DNA of 64,000 nucleotides from the NCBI RefSeq assembly GCF_039654945.1, contig NW_027361754.1, positions 52,576,001 to 52,640,000 on the forward strand, given 5' to 3'. The DNA comes from Dendrobates tinctorius (lineage: Eukaryota). Shown piece by piece: positions 49,635 through 61,740 of the stretch (position 1 is the first letter of the stretch; each line of letters begins with the position of its first letter). Below the pieces are notes generated by a model that saw only the letters and a list, made by a program, of their open reading frames with translations, did not search any database and was not told the DNA's origin. Both the position numbers and the translations under genes were made by a program.

Positions 49635-50019
49635 CAGAGTTGAGCGAAACAGGTCGGTCAGATTCAAAAATCGCCGACTTTCGCCAAAGTCGGGTTTCGC
49701 CTAGCAAAACCCAACCATAGCATGAGGTCGGCCATGCGGTCATCGACCCAAGCGCCAAAGTTGCGTTTCCCATAATGCTTGTAGGTGCCTTTTCTCAGCT
49801 AATGAGCAAGAGAGTGTTAGGCAGGAAAGAAACGTGATTCTGTGCTTGTGCTGATAGAAATTGTGCTGTACAGTTCGTGTGCAGTGACAGGGGAGGATTT
49901 TTTTGTGTGCAGCAGTGCTGGTTATTAGGCTGCCTGATAGCTGCATTGCTGTGTGTACACTGCTGTGCAGACGGCTTTTTACACAGCACTCTATTTTTCT
50001 GCACAGTTACCGACCGTTC

Positions 50020-50590
50020 ATTTTTTCCCACACCGTATAGAGCTGTACGCTCCTCACACACTATCGTGGACCGGCTGGTATCACGGACAAATACATGCTG
50101 ACTATCTTTGTGTGAGTCCGGAATTAAATACAGAGATTTAAATTTTCCACTACACTGTATACAGCTGTACGTTTCTGATACAGTACCGTATATCTGCTGT
50201 TTGGATTACAGTCAAATCCATACTGGGAGAGCATCTGTGTGTGACTAAGGAAATATATACGGAGATTTAAATTTTCCCCTACACCGTAAACAGCTGTATG
50301 TTTCTGATACAGTACCGTATATCTGTTGTTTGGATTACGGTCAAATCCATAGTGGGAGAGTGTCTGTGTGTGACTAAGGAAATATATACGGAGATTAAAA
50401 TTTTCCCCTACACCATATACAGCTGTACGTTTCTGATACAGTACCATATATCTGCTGTTTGGCTTACGGTCAAATCCATAGTGGGAGAGCGTCTGTGTGT
50501 GACTAAGAAAATATATACGGAGATTTAAATTTTCCCCTACACCTTATACAGCTGTACGCTCCTCATACAGTACCATATATCTGCTGGTAT
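50020..50590. repeat. 129-bp tandem repeat upstream of the hAT transposase
   Basis: cagctgta...gatacagtacc recurs near 50162, 50291, 50420 and 50549. Confidence 0.92.
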
Positions 50591-52681
50591 TTTTGGTACA
50601 TTTTCCCACACATGAGGAAGTATGGTGGAAGAGGCCTCGTACGTGGGTGGGCGGAGGGGGCATCTGGTACTGAAGATGGTGGTGGTGCATCTGCTGGTAG
50701 TGCCAAAAGCACAATAGTACCTAAGGCAGGAGGTGTTGAGCCTGTGTCATCATCTGGCTCAAGAAGGCCTGGAAGGCTCCCTTTTCTGGGAGTAGGTAAA
50801 CCGCTTTTAAAGCCGGAGAATCAGGAACAGGTTTGGGCTTACATTGCCGAAACAGCCTCCTGCTCTATCGCCTCCTCTTCTGAAGTTTCAAAAACTGCAA
50901 GTACTGAGTGGTCAGTGCAGGCTTCTGGTCAGGAACAACAACTTTCCTTGTGTCCTTCACCCCCACCAAAAGTGAAGGATGAGGTAGGCCACACTTCAGA
51001 TTACTCCATGGAGCTCTTTTCACATACCATGCCTGGGTTATCAAGTCAAATCCTGAATTCCCCAGTCCAAGATGAATTTGACATGAAGTGCACTGATGCA
51101 CAGCCACTGCTAGATGATTCTGCTGGTACATTGACCCAGAGCACTACTTTGCCCTCGCAGTCTACTGAGCCAGAATCTTACCCTGATGAAACTCAGGTGC
51201 CCCTTCCCTCATACTATACCACCTTACACGGTGACACAGAGGAAGGTGCAGATGAAATTTAAGAGGAGGTGATGAATGACCAAGTTGTTGACCCGGATTG
51301 GCATCCATTGGGGGAAGAGGGTGCCTCTGGCAATAGCTCAGAAGAGGAGAAGGATCCGCAGCAGGCATCGCCATCGCAGCAGCGGTTATCTGGCAGGCAC
51401 ATAGCTGTCCAAAAACATGTTAAAAAACCAAAAAGTGTTGCAGGACAGCTTGGCCAAACGGTCAAATTAGGACAGCGTGCAAGCCCAGAAAATTTATACC
51501 ATTGTAGGAAGAGTGAAGTGTGGCACTTTTTTGACCAAAATCCTATTGATGAGGCAAAGGTTATCTGTAAGAAGTGCAGAAGGACCTTTAGCCGAGGGAA
51601 AAAATCTCTGAAATTTGAATACCAGTTGCATTCTTAGACATTTAATCACCATGCACTTGCAAGCGTGGACGGACTACAAAACCTCAGGTAGCACATGTGC
51701 ACGTGCACCTACTCCGACTGAAGGTAGCCAGCAACGCTCCATCGCTTCCCCACTGTAAGCCCACCGGTAAGCACACCAACAGCAAGAAATGTTGAGGTCT
51801 CATCGCAAGGCCAAAGCAGTCAGGGAGTCAAAATGTTTTTGCAACGAAAGACTGAATATAGGCCATGACCACCACCATCACCATCACCAACCCCCTCTCA
51901 GTCCGTCAGATCCGCCACTAGTTCCCCCATATGCAGCTCTCAAGTCCAGCTCACCCTACCAGACACTCTGAGTAGGACAAGAAAGTACACTCATCCTCTC
52001 ATCCGCATATACTGGCTTTGAATGCCTACATTGCCAAACTGATCTCATTAGAGATGATGCCCTTCCGTTTGGTTGAAAGTGAAGCGTTCCGAGAGCTCAT
52101 GGCCTATGCTGTCCCACGCTATGACCTACCCAGTGAGCACTTCTTTTCTAGCAAAGCCATCCCTGCCCTCCACCTGCATGTGAAAGACTGCATTGTCCAT
52201 GCACTCAAGCGTCAGCAGGATGTTTTAAAGATTATGTCTTTGGGCAACAACAGACACACCACGGAGGTACTGGCTGACTACTTGCAGCGAGAAACTGAGT
52301 CATGGCTGGGCAGTCTACATCTTGAGCCAGGCAAGGTAGTAACTTTGTGGCGGCCATAGCCCTTGCAAAACTCAGACACATACCTTGCCTGGCTCACACC
52401 TTGAACCTGGTGGTGCAGTGCTTCCTAAATAATTATCCGGAGTTAACAGCCCTGCTCCATAAGGTGTGAAGACTGTGCTCGCACATCCGTCGCTTGCCCG
52501 TAGACTCCTGTCGTATGCAGAGGCTGCAGCGATCGCTCCACCTCCCCAAGCACCACCTAATCATAGACGTTGCAACAAGGTGGAACTCCACCATGCACAT
52601 AGCTGAGAGGCTGTGCAAACAGAGGCAGGCTGTAATGCATTTGTGGGAGGATAGACGGGCAGGCAGTTTGAGGGCAGACAT

Positions 52682-53619
52682 GTTCAACATCTTTATCAAC
52701 GATTTAGATGAAGGAATTGAGGGTAAACTGATTAAATTTGCTGATGACACAAAGATAGGAGGGATAGCTAATACTAGAGAAGAGAGAGGATTCAAAAAGA
52801 TATAAATAAACTGGAGAAGTGGGCAGCAACTAACAGAATGGTTTTTAACAGGGAAAAATGCAAAGTACTGCATCTGGGCAATAAAAATGAAAAAAGCATA
52901 TACAGAATGGGAGGAATAGGCCTAAGCAACAGCACATGTGAAAAAGACTTGGGTATACTAATAGATCACAGACTGAATATGAGTCAACAGTGTGATGCAG
53001 CAGCAAAAAAAGCAAATGCAATTCTAGGATGTATTAACAGAAGCATACAGTCTAGATCACGTGAAGTCATTATTTCCCTCTACTCCTCTTTGGTTAGACC
53101 TCATCTGGAATATTGTGTCCAGTTTTGGGCACCACATTTTAAAAAAGACATCAACAAACTGGAGCAAGTTCAGAAAAGAGCAACCAGAATGGTGACCGGT
53201 CTGCAAACCCTGTCTTATGAGGAAAGGTTGCAGGATTTGGGATTGTTTAGTTTGCAAAAGAGAAGACTGAGAGGAGACTTAATAGCTGTCTACAAATATC
53301 TAAAGGGCTGTCACATTGTAGAAGGATCAACTTTATTCTCATTTGCACAAGGAAAGACTAGAAGCAATGGGATGAAACTGAATGGGAGGAGACACAGATA
53401 AGATATTAGAAAAAACTTTTTGACAGTTAGAGTGATCAATGAGTGGAAAAATCTGCCACGAGAAGTGGTGAGTTCTCCTTCAATGGATGTCTTCAAACAG
53501 AGGCTGGACAGACATCTGACTGGGATGATTTAGCGAATCCTGCTTTGAGCAGGGGGTTGGACCAGATGGCCCAGGAGGTCCCTTCCAACTCTACAATTCT
53601 ATGATTCTATGATTCTATG
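52682..53619 (+). mobile_element. 5'-truncated CR1 LINE of a different subfamily
   Basis: FNIFINDLD, KFADDTK and [11 protein letters not shown] motifs. The 3' end is gaggtcccttccaact followed by (ATTCTATG)3. Confidence 0.95.
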
Positions 53620-53691
53620 GAGTGGTCACGTGTGCAGTGGTCAAAGCTGAAAGACCTCTGTAAAGTCCTTCAGTGTTTTGAGGAATGCACA

Positions 53692-54577
53692 TGTGTTGTG
53701 AGCTCATTTTCGGGTTTTCCTCTGGCTTCTGGTGAGGGTTATGGAGCTGGCTGTGCTGACAGAGGAGTAGTGAGTTCTCTATCTGGACTCCCTCTGTTGG
53801 TGAAGGGAGGTAATGAAGCTGATCTAAATGGCAGAGACCGGCCACCTGAGGAGGAGGACTGCGATTGGACATCAGGAGTTTCTGATTGGATTTAAGGCAG
53901 CCGACTCCCTAGTTTCTTGCTGGTGATTTTTCCTGACTGTGGCTCCTGGTTTCCAGTTTGGTTCCTGCCTTCCTAAAGCTAAGTTTTCTCTGCTATTGTT
54001 CATATGAGTTTTTGTCTGGTTTACTTAGTTTTTGTGTTCAGCCAGCCCTGGCTGGGACTGGGCTGAATCCCCATTTTGTCTCTGATCAGTTGATCTTTTT
54101 TGCCCTGTCTTCAGAATATACCTGAGTGCTGATAGAGTGATTTGAAGTCTAGCGACTTCAGGGCCTTTTTCTATCAGACGTGTTGGACATTCTTTTTGCC
54201 AGGGTTTTTTGCGTGAATGCAGACAGCAGCTTTTCTTTCCTGTACTTTCTAGTTAGCGAGGGCCCCATCGTTTGCTTAGCCTATCTTTCTACCTGCGTCT
54301 GTGTTTTCATCTTGTTTCACCGACAATACATGTTGGGGGCTGTCTATTGCTTTGGGGTCTGCTCTGGGGCAGTTTAGATTTTCCCTTTCTTTCTTTAGGC
54401 TTATTTAGTTTTCCGGCCGTGACGAGGCGTCTAGGACCACCGTAGGCACGCTCCACGGCTACTGCTAGTTGTTGTGGATAGGATCAGGGGTCTGCAATCT
54501 GCTAGTTACCAATCTCTCTGGTTTTCTGGGCTTAGCTTGCTTTTTGTTTTTTCCTCCTCGGTGACTCATTCATAACA
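53692..54577 (+). mobile_element. Solo LTR within the hAT transposase
   Basis: TG...CA ends with caca flanks (left edge uncertain by 2 bp). Removing it restores FEECTRLVSADD. Same family as 7002-7875. Confidence 0.88.
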
Positions 54578-56527
54578 CACACGGCTGGTAAGTGCAGACG
54601 ACGCCATCATAAGCATGAGCATACCACTTATGCATCTGCTCTTGCAAACTTTGATGCACATTAAGGATCAGGCATCTGCAGCAGAGGAGGAGGGAAGCCT
54701 TGATGACAGTCAGGCATTGTTTGCCCAGGGGAACTGTCCTGGACGAGGTGGAGGAAGAAGAGGAAGAGGAGGAGGAGGATGAACGGGATGATTATTTTGG
54801 GGAGGAGGATGCTTCTTGGGGGGCAAGAGAAAATGTTGACTTGCCAAGGTCAGGTACAGGGTTTGTGCGTGACTGGAGAGATGTGGATTTGGCAGAAAGT
54901 ACTCCTCCACCCACCACTGTCAGTGCATCATTGACACCTGGAACATTGGCCCACATGTGTGATTATCTCTTGCGGCTCCTAAAAAGGGACCCCCGCATTG
55001 TCAAAATTATGAAGGATGACGACTACTGGTTGGCCAGCATCCTCGATCCACGCTATAAAGGCAAATTACAGAACATCATGCCACAGGAGAACCTAGAGCT
55101 AATATTGGCGAACAAACAAGCAACTCTGGTAAACCGTTTGTTTGAGGCATTCCCAGCACACAGCTGTAGTGCAGGTTCTACCACGAGCCGTAATGGGCCA
55201 AATGGAACAGGTGTTCGTGGTGCACACAGCCGAAGTAGCGTTAGAGACAGGGGTTTCATGACCATGCTGTGGACTGATTTCTCGAGGACCGCTCACACGA
55301 CTGTTAATACTGAATCTATTGCAACAGACAGGAGACAGCAGTTGTCAATTATGGTTCAAAATTACCTCTCCTCCCCTATCGATGTTCTCCCTCACAGTTC
55401 ATTCCCCTTTGACTACTGGGCCTCTAAACTGGACACCTGGCCTGAATTGGCACAATATCCCTTACAGGAGCTTGCTTGCCCTGCTGGTAGTGGGCTATCA
55501 GAAAGAGTCTTCAGTGCTGCTGGATCAATCCTGACAGAAAGAAGGACCCAGCTGTTGACCCAAAATGTTGGTGATCTCACCTTCATTAAAATGAACCATG
55601 CCTGGGTTTCAAAGGATTTTGTACCACCTTCCCCTGATGACACATAGGTTGCCAGCAAAATGGCTCGCTTTGTCCTCCTCTTCCTCAGACCTGCAATTCC
55701 TCCATTTACAGCTGCTGAACGTTCAGCCTACACCTCAACATATGGCAGTTTTTCCACCTCCCTAACTGGGCTGTACCCCCCCAGGGCCGGCGTCAGCACC
55801 TGGTGCACCCGGGCAAGTGCCGGGGCCCTGAGCAGGTGGGGGGGCCCACTCGTGGGTGACGGCACTGGCACAGGGCCCCTCACAGTGCACCAGTGTCTCT
55901 GACGATGGGGGGCCCACTCGCCATCACAGACACCGTCGTACTATGAGGGGCCCTGTCCCACTGCCGTCGCCCACGAGTGGGTCCCCCTGCTTGCTCAGGG
56001 CACCAGCACTTGCAATACTAACCTCTCCCTGCTCCACCGCTGTGACCTCTTCCGCTTTTCCTGACAGTGACATTCAGGTCAGAAAGCGCGATGACGTCAC
56101 GTCTGTACGCCCTCTGCCTGAGCAGTCCAAGTGCAGAGAGCTTGAATATGGTGATGCTGAGGAGTCTAGAGTGGAGCAGTGCCCAGGAAGGAGAGGTATT
56201 TCATTTTTTTAATGTTTGGAGCAATATATGGGGATCATTATACACTGGAGAATTATATATGGGGCCCATCATACACTTGAGCATCATAGATAGGGCCCAT
56301 TATTCACTGGAGCATCATATGGGGCCCATTATATATGGAGCATTATATGGGCCCATCATACACTGGAGCAATATAAATGGGGCCCATCATACACTGGAGC
56401 ATCATCCATGGGGCCCATCATACACCTGTGCATTATAAATGGGACCCATCATACACTGGAGTATCATATACGAGGCCCATTATACACTCGAGCATTATAA
56501 ATGGGGCCCATTATATATGGAGCATTA

Positions 56528-58084
56528 CACACTGTTTGCATAATTATTATTAGACAGGTTGTATTTGAGAGGATTCTTCTAATTATTGAACAACAAATAT
56601 GCTCTCAATCAACCGAAAAGACTCATAAATACCAAAGCTTACTATTTTTGGAAGTTGGAGTGTTTTTTTTTTCTCGATTTGGCTATCTTAGGAGGATATC
56701 TGTTTGTGTAGGTAACTATTACTGTGCAGAATTATTAGGCAACTTAATAAAAACCAAATATATACCCATCTCATTTGTTTATTTTCACGAGGTAAATCAA
56801 TATAACAACACAAAATGTAGAAATAAACATTTCTGACATTCTGACATTCAAAACCCCCCAAAAAAGGGACCAACATAGCCACCTTTCTTTACAATGACAC
56901 TCAAAAGCTTTCCATCCATACATTCTGTCAGTTGCATGATCTGTTTATGATCAACATTGCGTGCAGCAGCCACCACAGCCTCCCTGACACTGTTCCTAGA
57001 GGTGTAATGTTTTCACTCCCTGTAGATCTCACATTTTATGAGGGACCACAGGTTCTCTATGGGGCTCAGATCAGGTGAACAAGGGGGCCATGTCATTATT
57101 TTTTCTTCTTTTAGACCTTTACTGGGCAGCCACACTGTGGAGTATTTGGATGCATGTGATGGAACATTGGCCTGCATGAAAATCATGTTTTTCTTGAACG
57201 ATACCAACTTCTTCCTGTACCACTGCTTGAAGAAGGTGTCTTCCAGAAACTGGCACTAGGTCTGGGAGTTGAGCTTCACTCCATCCTCAACCCGAAAAGG
57301 TCCCACTAGTTCATCTTTGATGATACCAGCCCATACCAGTACCCCACCTCCACCTTGCTGGCGTCTGAGTCAGAGTGGAGCTCTCTGGCCTTTACTGATT
57401 TAGCCTCGGGCCTATCCATCTGGCCCATCAAGAGTCACTTTCATTTCGTCAGTCCATAAAACCTTACAAAAATGTGTCTTAACATATTTCTTGGCCCAAT
57501 CTTGACGTTTTATCTTATGTTTCTTGTTCAAAGGTGGTCATTTTCCAGCCTTCCTTACCTTGGCCATGTCCCTGAGTATGGCACTTGTGCATTTTGATAC
57601 TCCAGTAATGTTGCCGCTCTGAAATATGGTGGCAAATGGCATCTTGACAGCTTCACGCTTGATTTTCCTCAATTCATGGGCAGTTATTTTTAGCCTTTTT
57701 TTTATCAACACGCTTCTTGCGACCCTGTTGGCTATTTGCCATGAAACACTTGATTGTTCAGTGATCACACTTCTAAAGTTTGGCAATTTCAAGACTGCTG
57801 CATCCCTCTGCAAGACGTCTCACAATTTTTGACTTTTCAGAGTCTGTCAAATCTCTCTTCTGACCCATTTTGCCAAAGGAAAGGAAGTTACCTAATAATT
57901 AAGAACACCTTATATAGGGTGTTGATGTCATTAGACCACACCCCTCCTCATTACAGAGATGCAAATCACCTGATTTACATAATTGGCAGTTGGCTTTCAA
58001 GCCTATACAGCTTGGAGTAGAACAACATGTGTAAAAAGGATGATGTGACCAAATACTCATTTGCCTTATAATTCTGCACACATG
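56528..58084 (-). mobile_element. Tc1 transposon with decayed DD34E transposase
   Basis: TIRs resembling CA(C/T)GTGTGCAGAATTAT, TA flanks, and - strand FMQANVPSH...WPPCSPDLSPIENLW. Confidence 0.9.
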
Positions 58085-59347
58085 TATGGGCCCATCATAC
58101 ACTGGAGCATCATCCATGGGGCCCATCATATACTGCAGCATCATATGGGGCCCATTATATTTGGAGCATTATATAGGCCCATCATACAATGTAGCATCAT
58201 CCATGGGGTCAATCATACACTGGAGCATCATATGGGGCCCATCATATACTAGAGCATCATATGGGGCCCATTATATATGGAGCATTATATAGGCCCATCA
58301 TACAATGGAGCATCATCCATGGGGCCCATCATATACTGGAGCATCATATGGGGTTCATTATTTATGGGGCATCATATAGGGTATGGAGCATTATATGGAG
58401 CACATATGGAGCCTATTCTGCATGGAGCATTATATGGAGCCCATTCTGTATGGAGCAATATATGGGGCCCATCATATACTGTATGGAGCTTTATATGCGA
58501 CTCATTATACTGTATGGAGCAATATGTGGGGCTCATTCTACTCCATGGGGACCATCCGACACTGTATAGCACATTATATGGGGACCATCATATACTTCAA
58601 TAGATTTCCCTGTCTGAACAATTAAGCAAGAATTAGGGATCCAAAGAGTTTTAGCAAAATTAGTAAATTTTATTACACAAAAATTAAAAACAGAGCATCG
58701 TTGCTAATGCAGGCAGTGATAAGCATAATAGACACAAACTAACACCCAAATAAATAACTCAATGTATACAGTCAATATTGAGGAATTTTAGTCAAACATA
58801 GTGCTTAGTGATACTAAAAACTGTCCATGATATTTACGTTTTTTTGTATACTATATAACAGCTAGCTAGCACTTGATCTGATGGTAACAATAGCGGGCTT
58901 ATCCCTGCAAGAAGTTGTTTGGATTTACCCTTAGATTTATATCAGCGGGCTAATACCTGCTGCTATGTATACTATCTACCTATGCAAATGTGACTAGGGG
59001 GCTGCAGACAGCGGCAGCATTCTGGGCACTTAAAGTAAGTAAGTCTCAGCACCTTCATGCAGTAAAAACTGTCCATGACATTTACTTTTTTTCTGTATAC
59101 TATACAACAGCTAGCTAGCCCTTGCTCTGTTGGTAACAATAGCGGGATTATCCCTGCTGGTAGCTGTTTGGACAATCTTTACCCTTAGATCAATAGCAGC
59201 GGGCTAATACCTGCTACTATGTGCATTATCTACCTATGCAAATGTGACTAGCAGATCCTTTTGGATAGAGTATTTTATCTCAGGCTTACTGTGATCTGCT
59301 TGACCAGGATAAAATTACTACCACATGAGAAGTTTAACCATTTATTT

Positions 59348-59390
59348 TCCCAACGCGTTTCAAAGTGTGAACCACTTCTTCCTCAGGGGA
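59348..59390 (-). ncRNA. Minimal hammerhead ribozyme (inverted copy)
   Basis: Exact reverse complement of 59429-59471. Confidence 0.7.
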
Positions 59391-59428
59391 TGACAGGGGA
59401 TGACATGTCATCAGGGGATGACATGTCA

Positions 59429-59471
59429 TCCCCTGAGGAAGAAGTGGTTCACACTTTGAAACGCGTTGGGA
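59429..59471 (+). ncRNA. Minimal hammerhead ribozyme, Penelope type
   Basis: Stem I UCCC/GGGA; core CUGAGGA plus one extra A; stem II GAAGUG-GUUCA-CACUUU; GAAA; palindromic ACGCGU; GUU triplet. Confidence 0.72.
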
Positions 59472-60636
59472 AAATAAATGGTTAAACTTCTCATGTGGTA
59501 GTAATTTTATCCTGGTCAAGCAGCGCACAGTAAGCCTGAGACAAAATACTCTATCCAAAAGGATCTATATTGGTGGTCACGGAGTGGACCTTCGGGCGTG
59601 CAGCAAGCTGACATTGGTTTATATGCCTATATCTTTCCTGGAAAGGGTGAGTAGATTTCATCAGTCTTTATTCCATTTTCCACCCAGATAAGACCCTATT
59701 GCGCTTTTTCTTTTTCCTTAGTTTTTTTACCAATGTGACTAGCAGAGCACCCGGTAAATTAATCCAATTAACGGGGCGACAGGGAGCGGCAGCACTTTTG
59801 TCACTCCTTGTAAGAGAATCTCAGCACCTTTGGATTACTCAAGGTTGCTGGATTTCTTCATATAGTGAAAACTGTTTATGACATTTACGTCTTTATGTAT
59901 ACTATATAATAATGGGCTGACCCTTGCTCTGATGGTTGCAGTGGCGGGCTAATCACTGCTGGTAGCTGCTGATATAATTGTCACTTTTAGATTAATAGCA
60001 GTGGGTCAATTCCTGCTACTATTTGTACCATCTAAATTATGCAAATGCGATTAGCGCAGCACCTTGAAAATTAATTCAATTAACGGGTATGAAGTATTAC
60101 TAAACACTATGTGTGACTAAAATTCCTCAATATTGACTGTATACATTGAGTTATTTATTTGGGTGTTAGTTTGTGTCTATTATGCTTATCACTACCTGCA
60201 TTAGCAACGATGCTCTGTTTTTAATTTTTGTGTAATAAAATTTACTAATTTTGCTAAAACTCTTTGGATCCCTAATTCTTGCTTAATTGTTCAGACAGGG
60301 AAATCTATTGATATATATTGTGTTTTGAGTTGTGCTATTACGTGTTTCCCATTAGTAGGGGATATTCTTGCATTTACCATCATATACTGTAGCATTATGT
60401 GGAGCTCATCATATACTGTATGGAACATTATATGGGACCAATTATTCTGTATGGAGCAATATATGGGGCTCATTATTCTGTATTGCGCACTATGTGGTGG
60501 CCATAATACTGTATGGCGGAATATACTGTCCGGTTTTTGAACTATTGAAGAATTTAAAATAGATATCAGTCATGTAATGTAAGAAGTGAAGTATTTGTCA
60601 TTGCACTGTACCAATATTTCTCTGCCGTATGGGAGC

Positions 60637-61740
60637 AGTCATGATCACGTGTGTCAGGTCGCAGATGATGCCGCAAGGCGAACCCATAACACACGTGACC
60701 CTGGATACACCGCCTCCAGTGGGGAGAATTTAAATAATAAAACGTGCAGGTGGATACGCCGCCTCCACCTGGCGAATTTAGGTATTACACGTTATAAATA
60801 CATTTCTGGAAACACTGCCTCCAGTACGGCGAATTTAAATAATAAGGGGGAACCTGGGTAACTTTAACAATGGTGGGCCCTGTGGTAGGGAATGGGGACA
60901 TGGAGACCTCCTGCACTCCCCTGAGCCAGTGTCCCTACACTCCTCACATTCCCTAAACAGGCTCCGCACCTGTCGCCGCACGCGTACCTTAACGCCCTTG
61001 CTCGCCCTGAGCCTAAACCCTCACTAGGGAATAGGTCGGTGCGGAGACTAATCCCACCACTGCACTAACAACACACATGAGGAAAGAGACAATACAGGGG
61101 AAACACCACTTAGCTTTGCTCTGTTGCGTACGCTCCTAGCAACAGAGCCCACCACCTGTGTGCATCTTCTCCTTCACCCTGATCCATCACCATAACTGGA
61201 TCCATCACCATCGTGCAGCCTGGGAGCAGAGTCCATCACCACTTGCAGCAGTCCAGTACACAGAGTCCCAAGATGAGTCCAGCCTCTGCCAAGAATCCAA
61301 GCATGCTCGAGTCCAGTTCTCAGCAACCAAGTCGCGCATGCCGAGTGCAACTCTCTTCCTAGTCGCCACTCCTCCAAGCCATGCACGCACTTCCAGCCGA
61401 CACCATAAACTGCGACTCCACCAGGCCATGCCAGTCCTTCCTGCAGACATCATTAGCTGGCACTCGTTCTCTCTGGCTGACTGCGCAGGACTCCTATCCA
61501 GCTCCATCCTTCCACCAGGCTCTCCAATAACTCAGCAAGAAGTATCACCAGCAGTGAGTGAACACCCTGAGACCCATTTATAGGGCCCCACACCTGAACC
61601 ATAATTAAGTGCAACCTAACCTAAGGTGCAATACCACTAACCACCACCGGGGACAGTCAAAACACCTTTGAACTTAACCAAAGTAAAAAAAGTTCACTTT
61701 GTGCTTTTAATACCGCCAGATCCAACACTGGATCATGACA
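60637..61740 (-). mobile_element. Solo LTR
   Basis: TSD ggagc at 60632-60636 and 61741-61745, ends (A)GTCATGATC...GATCATGACA. It is an inverted relative of 24654-25553. Confidence 0.85.

Larger units (their letters stand above)
50612..55647 (+). pseudogene. hAT (Ac/ZBED-like) transposase pseudogene, split by a CR1 and a solo LTR
   Basis: BED finger KSEVWHFF...ICKKC, HIPCLAHTLNL, DVATRWNST, LDPRYK and YWASKLDTWPEL...SERVFSAAG. Confidence 0.93.
59253..59731 (+). mobile_element. Penelope-like inverted pLTR insertion
   Basis: Inverted arms at 59253-59395 and about 59425-59566, with an extension to 59731. Duplication aatgtgactagc(aga) lies at 59241 and 59732. Confidence 0.75.
58597..60375 (+). 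mobile_element. Insertion with ~219-bp inverted arms and a one-sided tail (Penelope-like architecture)
   Basis: Arms at 58597-58815 and 60093-60311, tail at 60312-60375, 13-bp duplication accatcatatact, internal tandem units starting near 58816, 59064 and 59867. Confidence 0.6.
56215..60525. repeat. About 29-bp minisatellite fragmented by insertions
   Basis: Unit ggggcccatcatacactggagcatcatat at 56215-56527, 58085-58596 and 60376-60525. Confidence 0.88.

Noticed and set aside
52494-52805. Apparent hAT transposase-RT fusion
   Set aside because: Same cause: a CR1 insertion junction in a pseudogene.
54700-55647. 315-aa ORF as a domesticated ZBED-type host gene
   Set aside because: It is the C-terminal piece of a transposase inside a TIR- and TSD-bounded element whose upstream part is broken by a deletion and two insertions.
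59261-59558. Near-identical 74-aa ORFs on opposite strands (also 10959-11364)
   Set aside because: They are a direct consequence of the palindrome.
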